From Cyanophora paradoxa CCMP329 (Eukaryota > Plantae > Glaucophyta), in NCBI GenBank assembly GCA_004431415.1, contig QPMI01000641.1:114079-178078 (forward strand): a stretch of DNA of 64,000 nucleotides, read 5' to 3'. Below are positions 31,637-42,456 of this stretch, one piece after another. The notes beneath the pieces were generated by a model. That model made no database searches and was not told the DNA's origin. It saw only the letters and a program-made list of their open reading frames with translations. Made by a program: the position numbers and the translations under genes. How positions within the stretch are numbered: the stretch's first letter is position 1; every line of letters begins with the position of its first letter.

Positions 31637-32059
31637 TTAAGGCAAGTCAAAATCGGGCAAATCTGTAAGATCTTCTACAGTTGGTTTCCTCTCTCGCTCT
31701 ACATATTCAAGCATCCCGTTTACTGTTGACAGATCGTTCGATTGACATATTTCAAAAGCACGCTGCAATTGCCTCTTATCGTACTCACGCAGATGTTCCC
31801 AAGACAATAACCATTCGGCGTATTTTGGATCGGATAAAACTACTTTAAGATGAGTTTCACCTTTATACTTCCCAAATCGAATTGTTCCTGCGGGCATTAT
31901 TTGAATTATATCTCGGATTTTATGTTCGAAATTTAACGCAACACAAACCTGCGATTTATGCCATAAAAAGATTTCGCACATTGTTTGTGACGAAAAACCC
32001 GCAAACATGGATGCTGAATCATCACCTAAGCGTTCTGGGCGTAAGCCAATTGTTGTCAC
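31637..32059 (-). CDS. Small protein with FGKYKG..P.Y..W motif (DUF3820-like); true start probably internal (MPAGT)
   Basis: IRFGKYKGE.....LSDPKYAEWL. Confidence 0.6.
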   Translation of the reverse strand: MTTIGLRPERLGDDSASMFAGFSSQTMCEIFLWHKSQVCVALNFEHKIRDIIQIMPAGTIRFGKYKGETHLKVVLSDPKYAEWLLSWEHLREYDKRQLQRAFEICQSNDLSTVNGMLEYVERERKPTVEDLTDLPDFDLP

Positions 32060-32282
32060 CCCTGAAATCGCTGCGGCAAGGAAAGCAAAGCGTGCAGAAT
32101 ACCATCGCCGTCGTTACAATGAAGATCCTGATTATCGGCAACGTCATATTGAAGCCAGTTTGAAATATCAACGCAATAACAGTGAGAATCACTTAGAGGC
32201 AAATCGCCGCTATCGCAATCGAATTTACGAAAAGTTAGCGTTGCTAGAGTCCCTCCAACAATGCGTTGTTATAGCGCTGTAA
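32007..32282 (+). CDS. Small basic helical protein
   Basis: 91 aa, Arg/Tyr-rich. Resembles 40112..40369 in character. Confidence 0.6.
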   Translation: MDAESSPKRSGRKPIVVTPEIAAARKAKRAEYHRRRYNEDPDYRQRHIEASLKYQRNNSENHLEANRRYRNRIYEKLALLESLQQCVVIAL

Positions 32283-32330
32283 TGGATGACAATTTGTAAA
32301 AAGAGGGGCACGAATGAAGCCCTTTCTTTT

Positions 32331-33518
32331 TCACGCTCGTGGGCGAAGAGTCCGTGTATTGCCAGGGGCTGAGTACGCTGCAGTTTTATTCTGGAACGAC
32401 GAATACCAGCGCGCTGTTGCACCTCCTGGGTTCAATTTCTCTTTACCTGCAGTCAATAATTGCTTTTGCAAACGCTCGAGTTTGCGCGCTTTCTCTATAT
32501 CACTCTTGTCTAGTTTCTCTCGCATCAGATTTTGCTCCTTCTTTCGTCGTTGCATAGCTCTCTGTGCTGCTCCTCCAGCACGACGTTCCTCTGAATCTGC
32601 CGCTACTTTCAATAGTCGCTGGTAGGTCACCGCTTTGTCGTAGCCCGAAAGCGTAAATTTGAGCAGCGGTCCAAAGCCACCTATCTCCATAATCGTATAG
32701 ATTTCTTTTGAATACGTCGGCTTTGAAGATTTGTCGAAACGTTTTTTCTCTAGCTGTACCCGCACGCGATCGCCTACTTTAAATTCGGCCTGTGCAAAGT
32801 AGTGCTGTTGCTCGTACGCTTCTCTCTGGTAGTCATTGCGTGCAATTGTCTCCTTCGGATTTTCTGCTGCAGCGTTCGGCGACGTACCGATCGACCTATG
32901 CTCTGATGAATTATAGTTGCGCACAAAAGCAGGCAGCTTTTCAATATATCTGTCCGTGTCGTACGCATCCATGTACTTCGCAATGATGCGCTTAAGCGTA
33001 CCATTAAATCTTTCTATTTTGCCGTTTGCTTGCGGGCGATGCGCCTCCACTGCATTATGCTTGATTCCCATACTCGCCAGCATTGCTGCTGCGGTTCCCT
33101 TAAACTCCTGATCTGTCTGAATGACGTCCGGCTTCGAGGGCAGTTCATCAATCAATTTCTTCAAACTGGCTAGCAGAGTGCTTTCCGATTTCGTCTTCAT
33201 AGGGATGCTATACGCTTTGCGCGTCGTCACATCTATTCCGTTCATAATAAATGTAATCCCTCGATTTGATCTTGCATACGGGGTGACATCAATCAAATCA
33301 ACTTCATAATACTTTTCGGGCTCCTCGTAAATAATGCTGGTGGACGGCTTTTCCTTTACAGTTTTCGCAAAACGCTGTGCCGTCGTTAATTTTGAAAGCA
33401 CGTCCTGCACTTTTGAGAGCGGCAGATTAAGCCGCTTAGCTAAACGTGCTGCAGACTGAAAACCAGTTTCAGGATCATAATAAGCTTGTTTAATTCGACT
33501 CGCTTGCTCGGTACTCAT
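32331..33518 (-). CDS. Retroviral-like (rve) integrase, element C
   Basis: YYDPETG, EVDLID, IQTDQEF, IERFNGTLK, YNSSEHRSIG, FKVGDRVRV. DDE triad intact. Confidence 0.95.
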   Translation of the reverse strand: MSTEQASRIKQAYYDPETGFQSAARLAKRLNLPLSKVQDVLSKLTTAQRFAKTVKEKPSTSIIYEEPEKYYEVDLIDVTPYARSNRGITFIMNGIDVTTRKAYSIPMKTKSESTLLASLKKLIDELPSKPDVIQTDQEFKGTAAAMLASMGIKHNAVEAHRPQANGKIERFNGTLKRIIAKYMDAYDTDRYIEKLPAFVRNYNSSEHRSIGTSPNAAAENPKETIARNDYQREAYEQQHYFAQAEFKVGDRVRVQLEKKRFDKSSKPTYSKEIYTIMEIGGFGPLLKFTLSGYDKAVTYQRLLKVAADSEERRAGGAAQRAMQRRKKEQNLMREKLDKSDIEKARKLERLQKQLLTAGKEKLNPGGATARWYSSFQNKTAAYSAPGNTRTLRPRA

Positions 33519-36500
33519 GAGGGACACTACTATAGTACTCGTCTGGAATTATCTTGCGCTTTGTATACTGCGACTTGTTGAGTTGACGCGCAAATGGTAT
33601 CTGAATAATCGAACTAAAGCCGATTCCACTGTCCCGCTGACGCCCGTTTGGCCTATAAACACGCGCTAGCTTTGATTCAATCATGCACTGAGGTTGATAT
33701 GTTGAGTCCTCCAGCATGCGTTTGTAAGCGTCAAGAGCAGTCCTGTTCGCGATGGTTTCCTTCCTTGCTTCTGTTTCGTCCGGCAGCCAGTGCTCCTGGA
33801 TCCACGATTGCGGAATCCCCTTTGCGCGTACATGCAGGTCAAGCTGTGCGTCGCTGTCACGTACAAATGAACATGTATAAAGCTTCGGCCCAATGAAGTA
33901 CGCTTCCACAATCCGCCCTTTTATATCGCAGTCAAGTTTCCCTAATTCCTGCCTGCAAATGTCCGCATCTGTTGCCGTCGCTATATCATATGCTGGCTTC
34001 ATATACCCTTTCGCCCGCAGCAGATCAGCGTATTTTCGATGGACAATCAAAGAGTCCGTATCAGTATAAAACGGCATTGCATCAATGCTCCAGTATGCGC
34101 CTATTTCAACCAGAAATCTGTCCATGATCTCCCGCGAATATGACAGAATGAATGCACCAATAAAGCACGGTTTAGTGACAGCTCTATCACGCTTGGAGTC
34201 CTCAATCTCGTACGTGACAAACATCCGCGTGTCTGACTCAATTGAAATGTCTGTGATCTGCGCTGATCGCTGAATTTCTCGAAATCGCTTGTATGATGTC
34301 ACCAGATCCGAGGTTGTGATCACAGGCCGCTGGCAATACTTACCGTAAAGGCCATTCATGGAAATCTTTGATGTTGCATACTGAGCTGTTCCCTTGCGAG
34401 ATCTAGCTTTCTGGCAGTACATCCGCTCCATGTAGGTCTTAAACATCTGATCTTTACCATCAAACAGGTATACCTCATGCACCTTCGTCACCTCGCATCC
34501 CAGTTTAATTGCACGATTAATATCGACTGACGTATACCAACCACGCTCAATTGGCTTGAGATTAGACCAGCCTAGGTTTGATTCATGCCGCGGCAGCGGA
34601 GAGAGCAGCAGATTTTGCGGAATTGTCACGTCCACGCACGCTATAAACATCAGCGAACGCTGACTCGATTGGACAAATTTGCAGAATCTGTCCAGTGCAT
34701 CGGGCGACGTAATATGCTTGTACTTACCAGTCGGAAACCAATTCTCGTACATAGCCGTCGGATACAAGCTTACAACATCCAGGTCGACTAAATAATCATC
34801 CGGGCCCGATGAGACGAATTTGCGTTTAAATGGGAGACACCGACCACCATATATTGCTTGGCGCAGCACCTGATCATCCTTGTAGGTCGGCAGCGAAATC
34901 GGATTGATCAAAGTCTGCCGATGAATCTGGAACGCCATTGCCGAAGCTGTGGTTGTTTGCGTCGTGTTCACGTTTAAGCCGTACAGATCAAAGACTGCTG
35001 TCGAATATTTAATGTAAAGCTCTGTCATTGCCTTAACGTCGTCTTCCACGTACGGCTCCCATTCAGATTTAAAACGCTCAACATCCTCCCACGTTTTAAT
35101 CTTGTTATGATCAAAATCTCCCTTTACATTCGTGCACCCGTAATCTTTGCATGCCGACTTTAGCGAGGCCTGGATGTGAAGACATGGATCAAACGTGCTG
35201 ATTTTCCCTCCCGCACCAGTCTTCCACGACATACTCTTAATTTTTCCGTTCGATCTCAGAACGTTCACGGCAGTCTCCGCTCGATTAAGCACAAGCCATT
35301 TGTAGACGAATATATAATCAAACCCAGACCCGTTGTAGAAAATCAACGTGGTATTCTCGTTGCGTTGCTCGAGCCATCGCATGAATGTCTCCAGTGTTTG
35401 CTCACCATATACAACCTCGCAAGGTGATATCTCCCCATTATCGATCGTGCAATAGCTCATAGCGTATGGAACATGCGTCTTGCTATCAGGAGCAAACGTC
35501 TCGAAATCCGCGCAGACAACGCTGTCCAACGCTGAAAATTCTGTCTCCGGTTTGCAGGGCTTGATTTGTCGCCCGATCACATTTTGCCGCCGCGTCATTT
35601 TCTGACATTCCGATGTGTGGTCCTTCCGCGGGTCGTAAGCACGCTTGCACTGATTGCAAAAGCTGCAGTTTGCTCGGTGCGTCGCCAAATCAAACATCTT
35701 TCCGCAACAAGGGCACTTCTCAAGAGACAGTGTTGCTTCGTTCTTTACGAGGAAACAATGTCCGTCTATATTGCAAAGTATCGCTCGCTTTGAAAAGCTC
35801 AGCTCAGTTCGAAAAAGCTCCTTAAACTTTGTTGCTTCCCACTCCGTCACGGTTGCATCAATCGAATAAAACCTGCAGATCGTTTCCACTGTCCTGCAAT
35901 CGAGAGATATCATTCCCTTCGCTAGTCCCATCTGCTCTCGAATAGACGTATAGGGCGCCTTCGCTAATTTTTCAATCACTGTCTTCAGACTTAAACCCCG
36001 TGGATTTAATTTTACGTACTCAAAACACTCCAGCACGCAATCATTAGCTGGTGACATCGGGCAGTACAGTTTATCTACTGTCCTGTGGTAAAACGGCAGT
36101 TTCGGGATGTTCCCCAGGGCGCCTGCCGCGTTGTCTGCAATCAACACCTCAATCGATGTTACTACCCAGAAATCATCTTCCTCGTACGACATTTGAGCTG
36201 CCATCCACTGCGCGATGCGCTCATCCAAACTCTCGGTCAAAACTCGAAGCCCGTTTTGCCCAATTTGAATCAGCTGAGTTGTGTACATTTGATTTTTTTC
36301 GAAGCGGAAGCGGATAATCACAAACCGGCCTATCATTCCCGCCACACCCAAGTGATCAAGAATGTCGATCGCTATGGTTTTTACCTCCTCCGGGTTCCAA
36401 TTTGGTGCGATCGCAAACACATGCTTATCAAACAACAAATTCGGATAGCGATGGTGTCTGTGAGAAAGCACGCCGTCTAGGACTTCTGTTACTCGAACAT

Positions 36501-36816
36501 CTTCGACTTCCTGAAATATGTTCGGAACGTCCTCTAGGATTGCCTCCTCGGCTTGAACAGCGTTTGCACGCGCTGCTGCTATTGCACCAAAATGCCCCGC
36601 TACCCTTGACTCAGGCAAACGACGAGCAGGACGAACTGTGCTCCGCAGTCGCAGCATTGTCGCAATGTATTTACGAATCGTTCCGGACCAGGTCCGTCCG
36701 CTTGTATCGGTCAGACGAAGCAGCTTGTTTCGAAAGGAGCCACGAATATATCCACGCTCATAGAGTTCGATCGCTAAATTCCTAAGCTCAGCTTTGAGTA
36801 ATGCGGTGCTTGCCAT
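33490..36816 (-). CDS. polB: Protein-primed family B DNA polymerase
   Basis: Exonuclease: ADFET, YNGSGFDY, Y..DDV. Polymerase: YGGR, DVVSLYP, K..MNGLYGK, YTDTDS, KLY, KGIP. Confidence 0.96.
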   Translation of the reverse strand: MASTALLKAELRNLAIELYERGYIRGSFRNKLLRLTDTSGRTWSGTIRKYIATMLRLRSTVRPARRLPESRVAGHFGAIAAARANAVQAEEAILEDVPNIFQEVEDVRVTEVLDGVLSHRHHRYPNLLFDKHVFAIAPNWNPEEVKTIAIDILDHLGVAGMIGRFVIIRFRFEKNQMYTTQLIQIGQNGLRVLTESLDERIAQWMAAQMSYEEDDFWVVTSIEVLIADNAAGALGNIPKLPFYHRTVDKLYCPMSPANDCVLECFEYVKLNPRGLSLKTVIEKLAKAPYTSIREQMGLAKGMISLDCRTVETICRFYSIDATVTEWEATKFKELFRTELSFSKRAILCNIDGHCFLVKNEATLSLEKCPCCGKMFDLATHRANCSFCNQCKRAYDPRKDHTSECQKMTRRQNVIGRQIKPCKPETEFSALDSVVCADFETFAPDSKTHVPYAMSYCTIDNGEISPCEVVYGEQTLETFMRWLEQRNENTTLIFYNGSGFDYIFVYKWLVLNRAETAVNVLRSNGKIKSMSWKTGAGGKISTFDPCLHIQASLKSACKDYGCTNVKGDFDHNKIKTWEDVERFKSEWEPYVEDDVKAMTELYIKYSTAVFDLYGLNVNTTQTTTASAMAFQIHRQTLINPISLPTYKDDQVLRQAIYGGRCLPFKRKFVSSGPDDYLVDLDVVSLYPTAMYENWFPTGKYKHITSPDALDRFCKFVQSSQRSLMFIACVDVTIPQNLLLSPLPRHESNLGWSNLKPIERGWYTSVDINRAIKLGCEVTKVHEVYLFDGKDQMFKTYMERMYCQKARSRKGTAQYATSKISMNGLYGKYCQRPVITTSDLVTSYKRFREIQRSAQITDISIESDTRMFVTYEIEDSKRDRAVTKPCFIGAFILSYSREIMDRFLVEIGAYWSIDAMPFYTDTDSLIVHRKYADLLRAKGYMKPAYDIATATDADICRQELGKLDCDIKGRIVEAYFIGPKLYTCSFVRDSDAQLDLHVRAKGIPQSWIQEHWLPDETEARKETIANRTALDAYKRMLEDSTYQPQCMIESKLARVYRPNGRQRDSGIGFSSIIQIPFARQLNKSQYTKRKIIPDEYYSSVPHEYRASESN

Positions 36817-36929
36817 TATACTAGGCTTTCAGAATGAATATTGGGAGGCCTATTGTTTTTGGCGTTTCAACGCATCAATCTCTGATCGATAACATAGTGT
36901 GCGTTTCCTTTATAACGTGTCCATCTCCA

Positions 36930-37306
36930 GAGGCCGCAGCAGACCGCTCTGGGGGCCCGTCCTTACGTGCGGCTATAGCTTAACGCTTTTTCCTCGTTTA
37001 GCTTCTCTGTACACATCAATTACATCTAGCTAGAGCTTAACACGTTTCCTCGTTTAGCTTCTCTGTACTCATTAATATCGCCTAGCTATAGCTTAACGCA
37101 TTTTTCTCGTTTAGCTTCTCTGTACTCGCCCTCACGCCCTCCATTCTCCATATCCATGCTTTTCCCATCAACACATCTACTTGGAGCACGTCTAAAAATC
37201 TTTCAGGGAAATTGTTGATCGATGACGCTAGAAGGGGTGGATCCCTGAAGGTAAAACCAGACTAGTCGGTGGTCTGGTTTGGGGTGGGGTCCTCCCCTTT
37301 ACAACA
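36930..37306. repeat. Right TIR of element C
   Basis: Reverse complement of 16052-16428. Confidence 0.95.
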
Positions 37307-39870
37307 AATGACACTGGGGCAATGGGTTCATAAGCGATCCCATAAACACAATCGGTGTTCAAAGCGAGTGGTCGGATCTGCTGTTTAGCGAGTTCGACAC
37401 ACTTCTCATACATACACATCCTCATAATTGACAAGAGGGTAGTGTACAATGGCATGAAGCCATCAATGAGCTGCTTTTCTGCTACCTGATTGACATAGTA
37501 GATATGGGGTTCGGTCATCTCTTCCTCACACAGAACGAACTCTGTCTCCTCATAAGTGGCAAGAGTCTCACCAAAGAGGTAAATTTTAACCTCCCCTCCG
37601 TTCTGTTTCTGGAACTCGATCGCATCGTCTCTGTTGTGGAAAATGGTGGTTTTCACTCTGCTATTTCGTTGCTTTCCAGTTTGCCCAATTGCACTCACCA
37701 AGATCTGCTTCTTATCAACAGGATCGAGGTCGCTATCTAAGATTCGAGCAACTGTGTTGCCTGCAAGGTTGGGAATGAGTTTGTAAGGTCGCAGAACCGC
37801 TTTGATGGAGATGTCATCCTTGAAATCCTCGAAATGCTTTTTGAGAACCAAACCAGGAACGACATTGTACTTGGAATCAATGATCATCCTCTTGTATCTG
37901 TTGTAGGTGTTTGCTTCGTACTCCTTTCCGTTCTTGTCTTTGGCTTTGAAAAAGTATTTGTCGTCCAGTTTCACGTAATAGAAGCTGTATTCCTCGATTT
38001 GCTCTGCATCTGTGATTGTCACACTCTTGAAGACATCGAACTTGCTGAGAACAGGAACGAATTTGATCATCAAGGCTACAATGTAAGGGTATGCTTTGCA
38101 CATATCGAACTCGTAAATATCTGTGTTATAGCGAATTTCATCAAAGGTCTCCTCATCCACATCAAAGAGACCACGAAGGGCAGTCTGCACTCCATTCTTG
38201 AATGCATTTATGGTTTGCTCATTGTAAGTACTCTTGTTGGAAGTGTTGATTAGAGACCTATACATATCCAGATTTAGTTTCTCGAATTTATCTCTGTACT
38301 CAGCATTCTTGAAGCTAATCTCGAAAGCTGTTTCCACATCTGTATCGTTACCAGGTGGGGTCACGACAACATCCTTATCGTCAATAGTGAAACGAATATG
38401 GGTTGCCTTTCCGATTTGGGAGAACCCAGGTTGGACCTGATAATTATGCACCACAATGAACTCTCTGAGTAGTTCATCCAGTGAACCACCATAGCAGATT
38501 CGAATGCTCGATTGGTTCTTTGGATTGTCAGACCTGACAATTCTCAGAATGTCATCGGGATTTGTGGCAAACTCCTTGAACCTTCTTTGCTTTATAATCT
38601 TGTAACGAGAACTGAGTGGAACATTGGTATCTTTTGGCTTGGAGCCATTGAAGGACTGTGTGAGAGCCTTAATATTGTGATTTAACAAATACATGTGACC
38701 ATTCTCAATCTTCACATATGCAACAGAAGGGGTCAAGTGTGTGTTCCTGGTCTTGGGCAGGAAAGTCAGTTCAGGGACAGGGGTTCTGTCGTCCTTTCCA
38801 ATTGTAACCATGCCTAGGCGCAGTGGGTCAAGAACCTTCTCCGAAATGGACTTGAAAGAAATGCCCCAATCATCTCCTTCAACAGGGTCTCGCCCATTCA
38901 CCATCTTAAAGAGTCCGTTGTAAGACCAATCGATTCGCTTGTATTTCCCTTTGGTCTTAGCCTTCTCAAACGCTCCTCCAAACCATTTGATGAGGACATC
39001 GAAAACACACTTCCCAACCTTGAATGAATCACCTTTCAAGAACATTTCCTTGAATGTGGTGGCTTGGGGGTTCCCTTCGTTTTTAATGAAATTCGAAATA
39101 ATCATTGGAGCGTTTGTATTGTCTCTGAGGACTTGTTCATTTCTTGGGATGTATTCTTCATTATCTGTCGTGATGACTCTTTCAATTGTCATAATATCGG
39201 GGTAGGTATCTTGCTCAATTAGTTTTAGGTAGCGGAAATCTTGATTGGTCGAGTTAAACTCAATAACTGCTGCAATAAATTCAGCAATGACAGTCCCCTC
39301 AACACATGGGAACGTATTGAAGGTGGATTGAACCAGACCGAGAGCATTCAGAAAAGCTGCCTTGGTACACTGGATACCAAAGGGGCGATTGTTCCGAAGC
39401 CTCTTCGATTCAATGTAGGTCACACCATTCTCAGTGACCCTGTTTGCATTTGCAGGGGTCTGTTCTCCCTCTTGCAACTCACGGAAGAGTCTCACATTCA
39501 GGGTGACCATGTTTCCAGGTGAGTTTTCAACAAACTCACGGAGGTTAGCAATCATCTGCTGGAAAGGAGTCAAGCGCTTCCGCTCTCTCGCTTGCTCCGC
39601 TTTCTTGTTTTGCTTCTCAACATTCTTAGCGGCTCTCTCAGCCCTCTTCTCCTTCTTCTCCTGCTTGCGATACAAACGAGGCTCTACGATACCTCTCAGT
39701 GTATCTCTGATATCAATCAACTTTGGAATTCTAATTGCTTTGAAAGTAAATTCTCTCAAGAAATAGATATCCTGCTCTCGGGTCAATTTGTCTTCTACTT
39801 TTGCTTGCATGTAGTAGCCAAGAATCTCATCCTGCAAATTTTTCGAAATTCGATTACTTGGTCGAGGCAT
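37307..39870 (-). pseudogene. 5' part of element B PolB-helicase-HNH fusion (divergent PolB domain)
   Basis: DMCKAYP, K..L...IG..GK and NTDC motifs. Joins in frame (..APVSF|DRNAF..) to 16045-14521, giving about 1362 aa. Confidence 0.85.
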
Positions 39871-40111
39871 TTCTTTGTTCACTCTATTAATATATACCTA
39901 CAAAAGTTTTCTTTAAATACTTTTATACTCGCGTCAAATTTTACCGACAAAACCAAAAGTCTCCAACAAAATAAATTTAGTCGAGGGCATTCATAAAAAT
40001 AACAAAGGGTTGGCTCGATCATCGAACTCTAAAAATAACAGAATGATTATATTTGTGGTTCCAGCGCGTTTCCCACGGGTTTCTCAGAGCAGATCGCGCT
40101 GAGAAAAACGA

Positions 40112-40369
40112 TTAACAGAGATATTTCGATTTGCGACCACGGTTAGAATACGGGACACCATAGAGATACTTCACAAAGCAGACTGCATTGGAAGCATAGA
40201 GACGCTGGGAACTCTCAACGATCTTCATGGCTCTGTAACACTCATCAGTATGGTATAAGTCACGCATTTGCTTTGCAAATCTGGCATTGTACTTTTTCAA
40301 ATATTCCTGACCTTTTTCAGTTTTACGATAACGATAAGTAGCACGCTTCTGAGCCTCACTGATTGGCAT
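40112..40369 (-). CDS. Small basic protein, element B
   Basis: MPISEAQKRATYRYRK.., AT-rich upstream sequence. Confidence 0.65.
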   Translation of the reverse strand: MPISEAQKRATYRYRKTEKGQEYLKKYNARFAKQMRDLYHTDECYRAMKIVESSQRLYASNAVCFVKYLYGVPYSNRGRKSKYLC

Positions 40370-40718
40370 GTTGTCCTTTTCTACTCTCTTAATATATGTT
40401 AAGAAATCTTTAAGTAGTTTTTCTGTCTGTATATAGCGAATAAACTCCTGTCAAATTTTGGTCCCGATTGCAGAGCATCCAGTACGAAAGAAGATGCTGG
40501 AAAAATGATAAAGCCACCGATACCCAGAAGGTTCACTTGTCGGCTGCAAGTTTCTACCACTGAACCCGGTAGAACAGGTGATTAAAGTGATTTACCTATG
40601 GATATTTCACTTCGCTCTACAACGCCTCCATAAAAATGAAGAAGTTTTGAGCCTACGGGATAGGATTGGTTACGTAGCGCTAACAATGTTTGAGAAATTA
40701 TATTATTCAGATTGATCC

Positions 40719-41480
40719 TTAACGGCGATAACCGGGTCTTATACCAAGCTTGGCGAATCCAGAGACCATTGGGGCAGCATTTGGAATCGAGTTGACTGGA
40801 TCAGCCTGCGAAGTGGCAACCCGAAGGATCGACTTATTGAGAACCGGCAAATCCGTTTTGTTGGAGTCTTGATACTCAATGGTCTTTGCAATCAATTCTG
40901 TAGGTGAGTCTTTTGCCACATGAACAGGTTCGGGAATAACTTCATGGGTTACTTCTGGTTTCTTCTCAACCTTTTCCTTTGTGATTGGCTGTTCCTTGAT
41001 CTTGTTTTCGTTTTTGGTCTCTGCTGCAATACCATCAACAAGACTCTTAGCATACTGATATGTTACAGATTTCAGTCCACCAGTGGTTGAACGAATAAAG
41101 TAGCGGTTGCGATGGTCTTTCTCGGAATAGGTTGAGTAGAGTCGCTCACCACCATCAAGCAGTTTCAGCAGTGTCGATGATGAGGCAACCTTGTCCTTTG
41201 TGGATGATTTGAACTGTCCTTTCTTGATTCCTCGTTTGGCTCCGGGCATGCGGTTCAGTGGGACTTGGTCAACAAGGGCATTATCATCATTACTGTTTTT
41301 CGTAGTGGCTTGGGTGAATTGGTTTCGTTCTTTATGGACTTCCTTTTCGAGGTCACCAGTTCCGTATGCAGCGAGTCCTTTCGATTTCTTATACCAGTTC
41401 CTTCCATTCTCACCATTGCCAACATCCGCTTCAGCGGCTGGTTTGGCTAAGAAATTCTTGGGTTGAGTCTTGCGAGCCAT
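40719..41480 (-). CDS. Lys-rich basic protein (possible virion core protein), element B
   Basis: Conserved with the element A copy, with many synonymous differences. Function is a guess. Confidence 0.8.
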   Translation of the reverse strand: MARKTQPKNFLAKPAAEADVGNGENGRNWYKKSKGLAAYGTGDLEKEVHKERNQFTQATTKNSNDDNALVDQVPLNRMPGAKRGIKKGQFKSSTKDKVASSSTLLKLLDGGERLYSTYSEKDHRNRYFIRSTTGGLKSVTYQYAKSLVDGIAAETKNENKIKEQPITKEKVEKKPEVTHEVIPEPVHVAKDSPTELIAKTIEYQDSNKTDLPVLNKSILRVATSQADPVNSIPNAAPMVSGFAKLGIRPGYRR

Positions 41481-41516
41481 TTGTAATATTGAAACAAATT
41501 TATTCTACAGTATTTC

Positions 41517-42404
41517 CTATGACCGTGAGAACGGCAGGTAGAGTCCCTCCAACTCTTTTATGACATTCTTCAATGCTTTTTTCGTCAGATCTTTATCATC
41601 TTCAGTAATCAGTTCAAGAGTCATCGACCAGTCGGTAGTAATGTCTGCTGTGGCTCCATTCCAGTAAGAAAGTCTCACATCTAGAGTCTCAACCTCAACC
41701 AAGCCATTCTGCTCGTGAACGATCATGGAATTATTCGATGAATCATATTTTAATAGACTGCCAACCGTTTGGTCAATCTCAATTTTCGCGATAGCATTGT
41801 TATCTCGTTTGTTATTGCTCACATATCTTCCTTTCAGTGGATCAACATGAAGAAGCAAATAGGAATTAAATAGTAGATCTAATGGCATTTCACTATCAAT
41901 GTAGTGAGCATAAGTAAAGGCTCCAACTGTGACATTAGATGATAGAGGACTCGATTGGTACAGTGTGTTAGCATTTTCAAAACCACAGAAATTGGCTAAG
42001 AGTTGAGTGTTCATAGTGATTGAGAATGGAACCTCACACATGAACCTTAGAAGCAATGTTGTGGGATCATAGGTTACATAGAAATGGCGAGTGTAAGTTC
42101 CGCCACCCGCTTGATTATAGGGCTGGGATCCAATGCGAGCGATCAGATAATTCACCAGTGAATCCGGTGTATATGCACCTCGGAGGACTTCGTTGTTTCT
42201 ATTCTTTGGGTTCCCAGCATTATCGAGTGTTTGTGTGGTGAGGGTTCCTACTTCAGAGAGGTTGTAAAGATTGTGAAACATCTCAAAGTTCGTTACTCGA
42301 CAGGCTCTGACCTTTTGGATCGCATAAGGGAGTCTGTATGTGAAATTAGTTGGGGTTCCATCCGATCGGTCCCTGGAATCAATATTGAGATAGTAACGCG
42401 TCAT
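41517..42404 (-). CDS. Minor capsid protein (penton), element B
   Basis: Paralog of 10961..11863. Confidence 0.8.
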   Translation of the reverse strand: MTRYYLNIDSRDRSDGTPTNFTYRLPYAIQKVRACRVTNFEMFHNLYNLSEVGTLTTQTLDNAGNPKNRNNEVLRGAYTPDSLVNYLIARIGSQPYNQAGGGTYTRHFYVTYDPTTLLLRFMCEVPFSITMNTQLLANFCGFENANTLYQSSPLSSNVTVGAFTYAHYIDSEMPLDLLFNSYLLLHVDPLKGRYVSNNKRDNNAIAKIEIDQTVGSLLKYDSSNNSMIVHEQNGLVEVETLDVRLSYWNGATADITTDWSMTLELITEDDKDLTKKALKNVIKELEGLYLPFSRS

Positions 42405-42456
42405 TCTGTTTAATAAAGCATTTTAAAAATTTCTTTTGGTATTTTAAACATAAGAG

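Larger units (their letters stand above)
16052..37306. mobile_element. Polinton-like virus element C, 21,255 bp, 6-bp TSD AATGAC, apparently complete
   Basis: 377-bp TIRs TGTTGTAAAG...CTTTACAACA. AATGAC at 16046-16051 and 37307-37312. pPolB, integrase, ATPase, MCP and pentons have open frames. Confidence 0.95.

Noticed and set aside
16052-37306. Calling C (or B) a classical virophage or Maverick
   Set aside because: No adenain-type maturation protease recognised, and the MCP cannot be assigned without an HMM search. PLV is the safer label.
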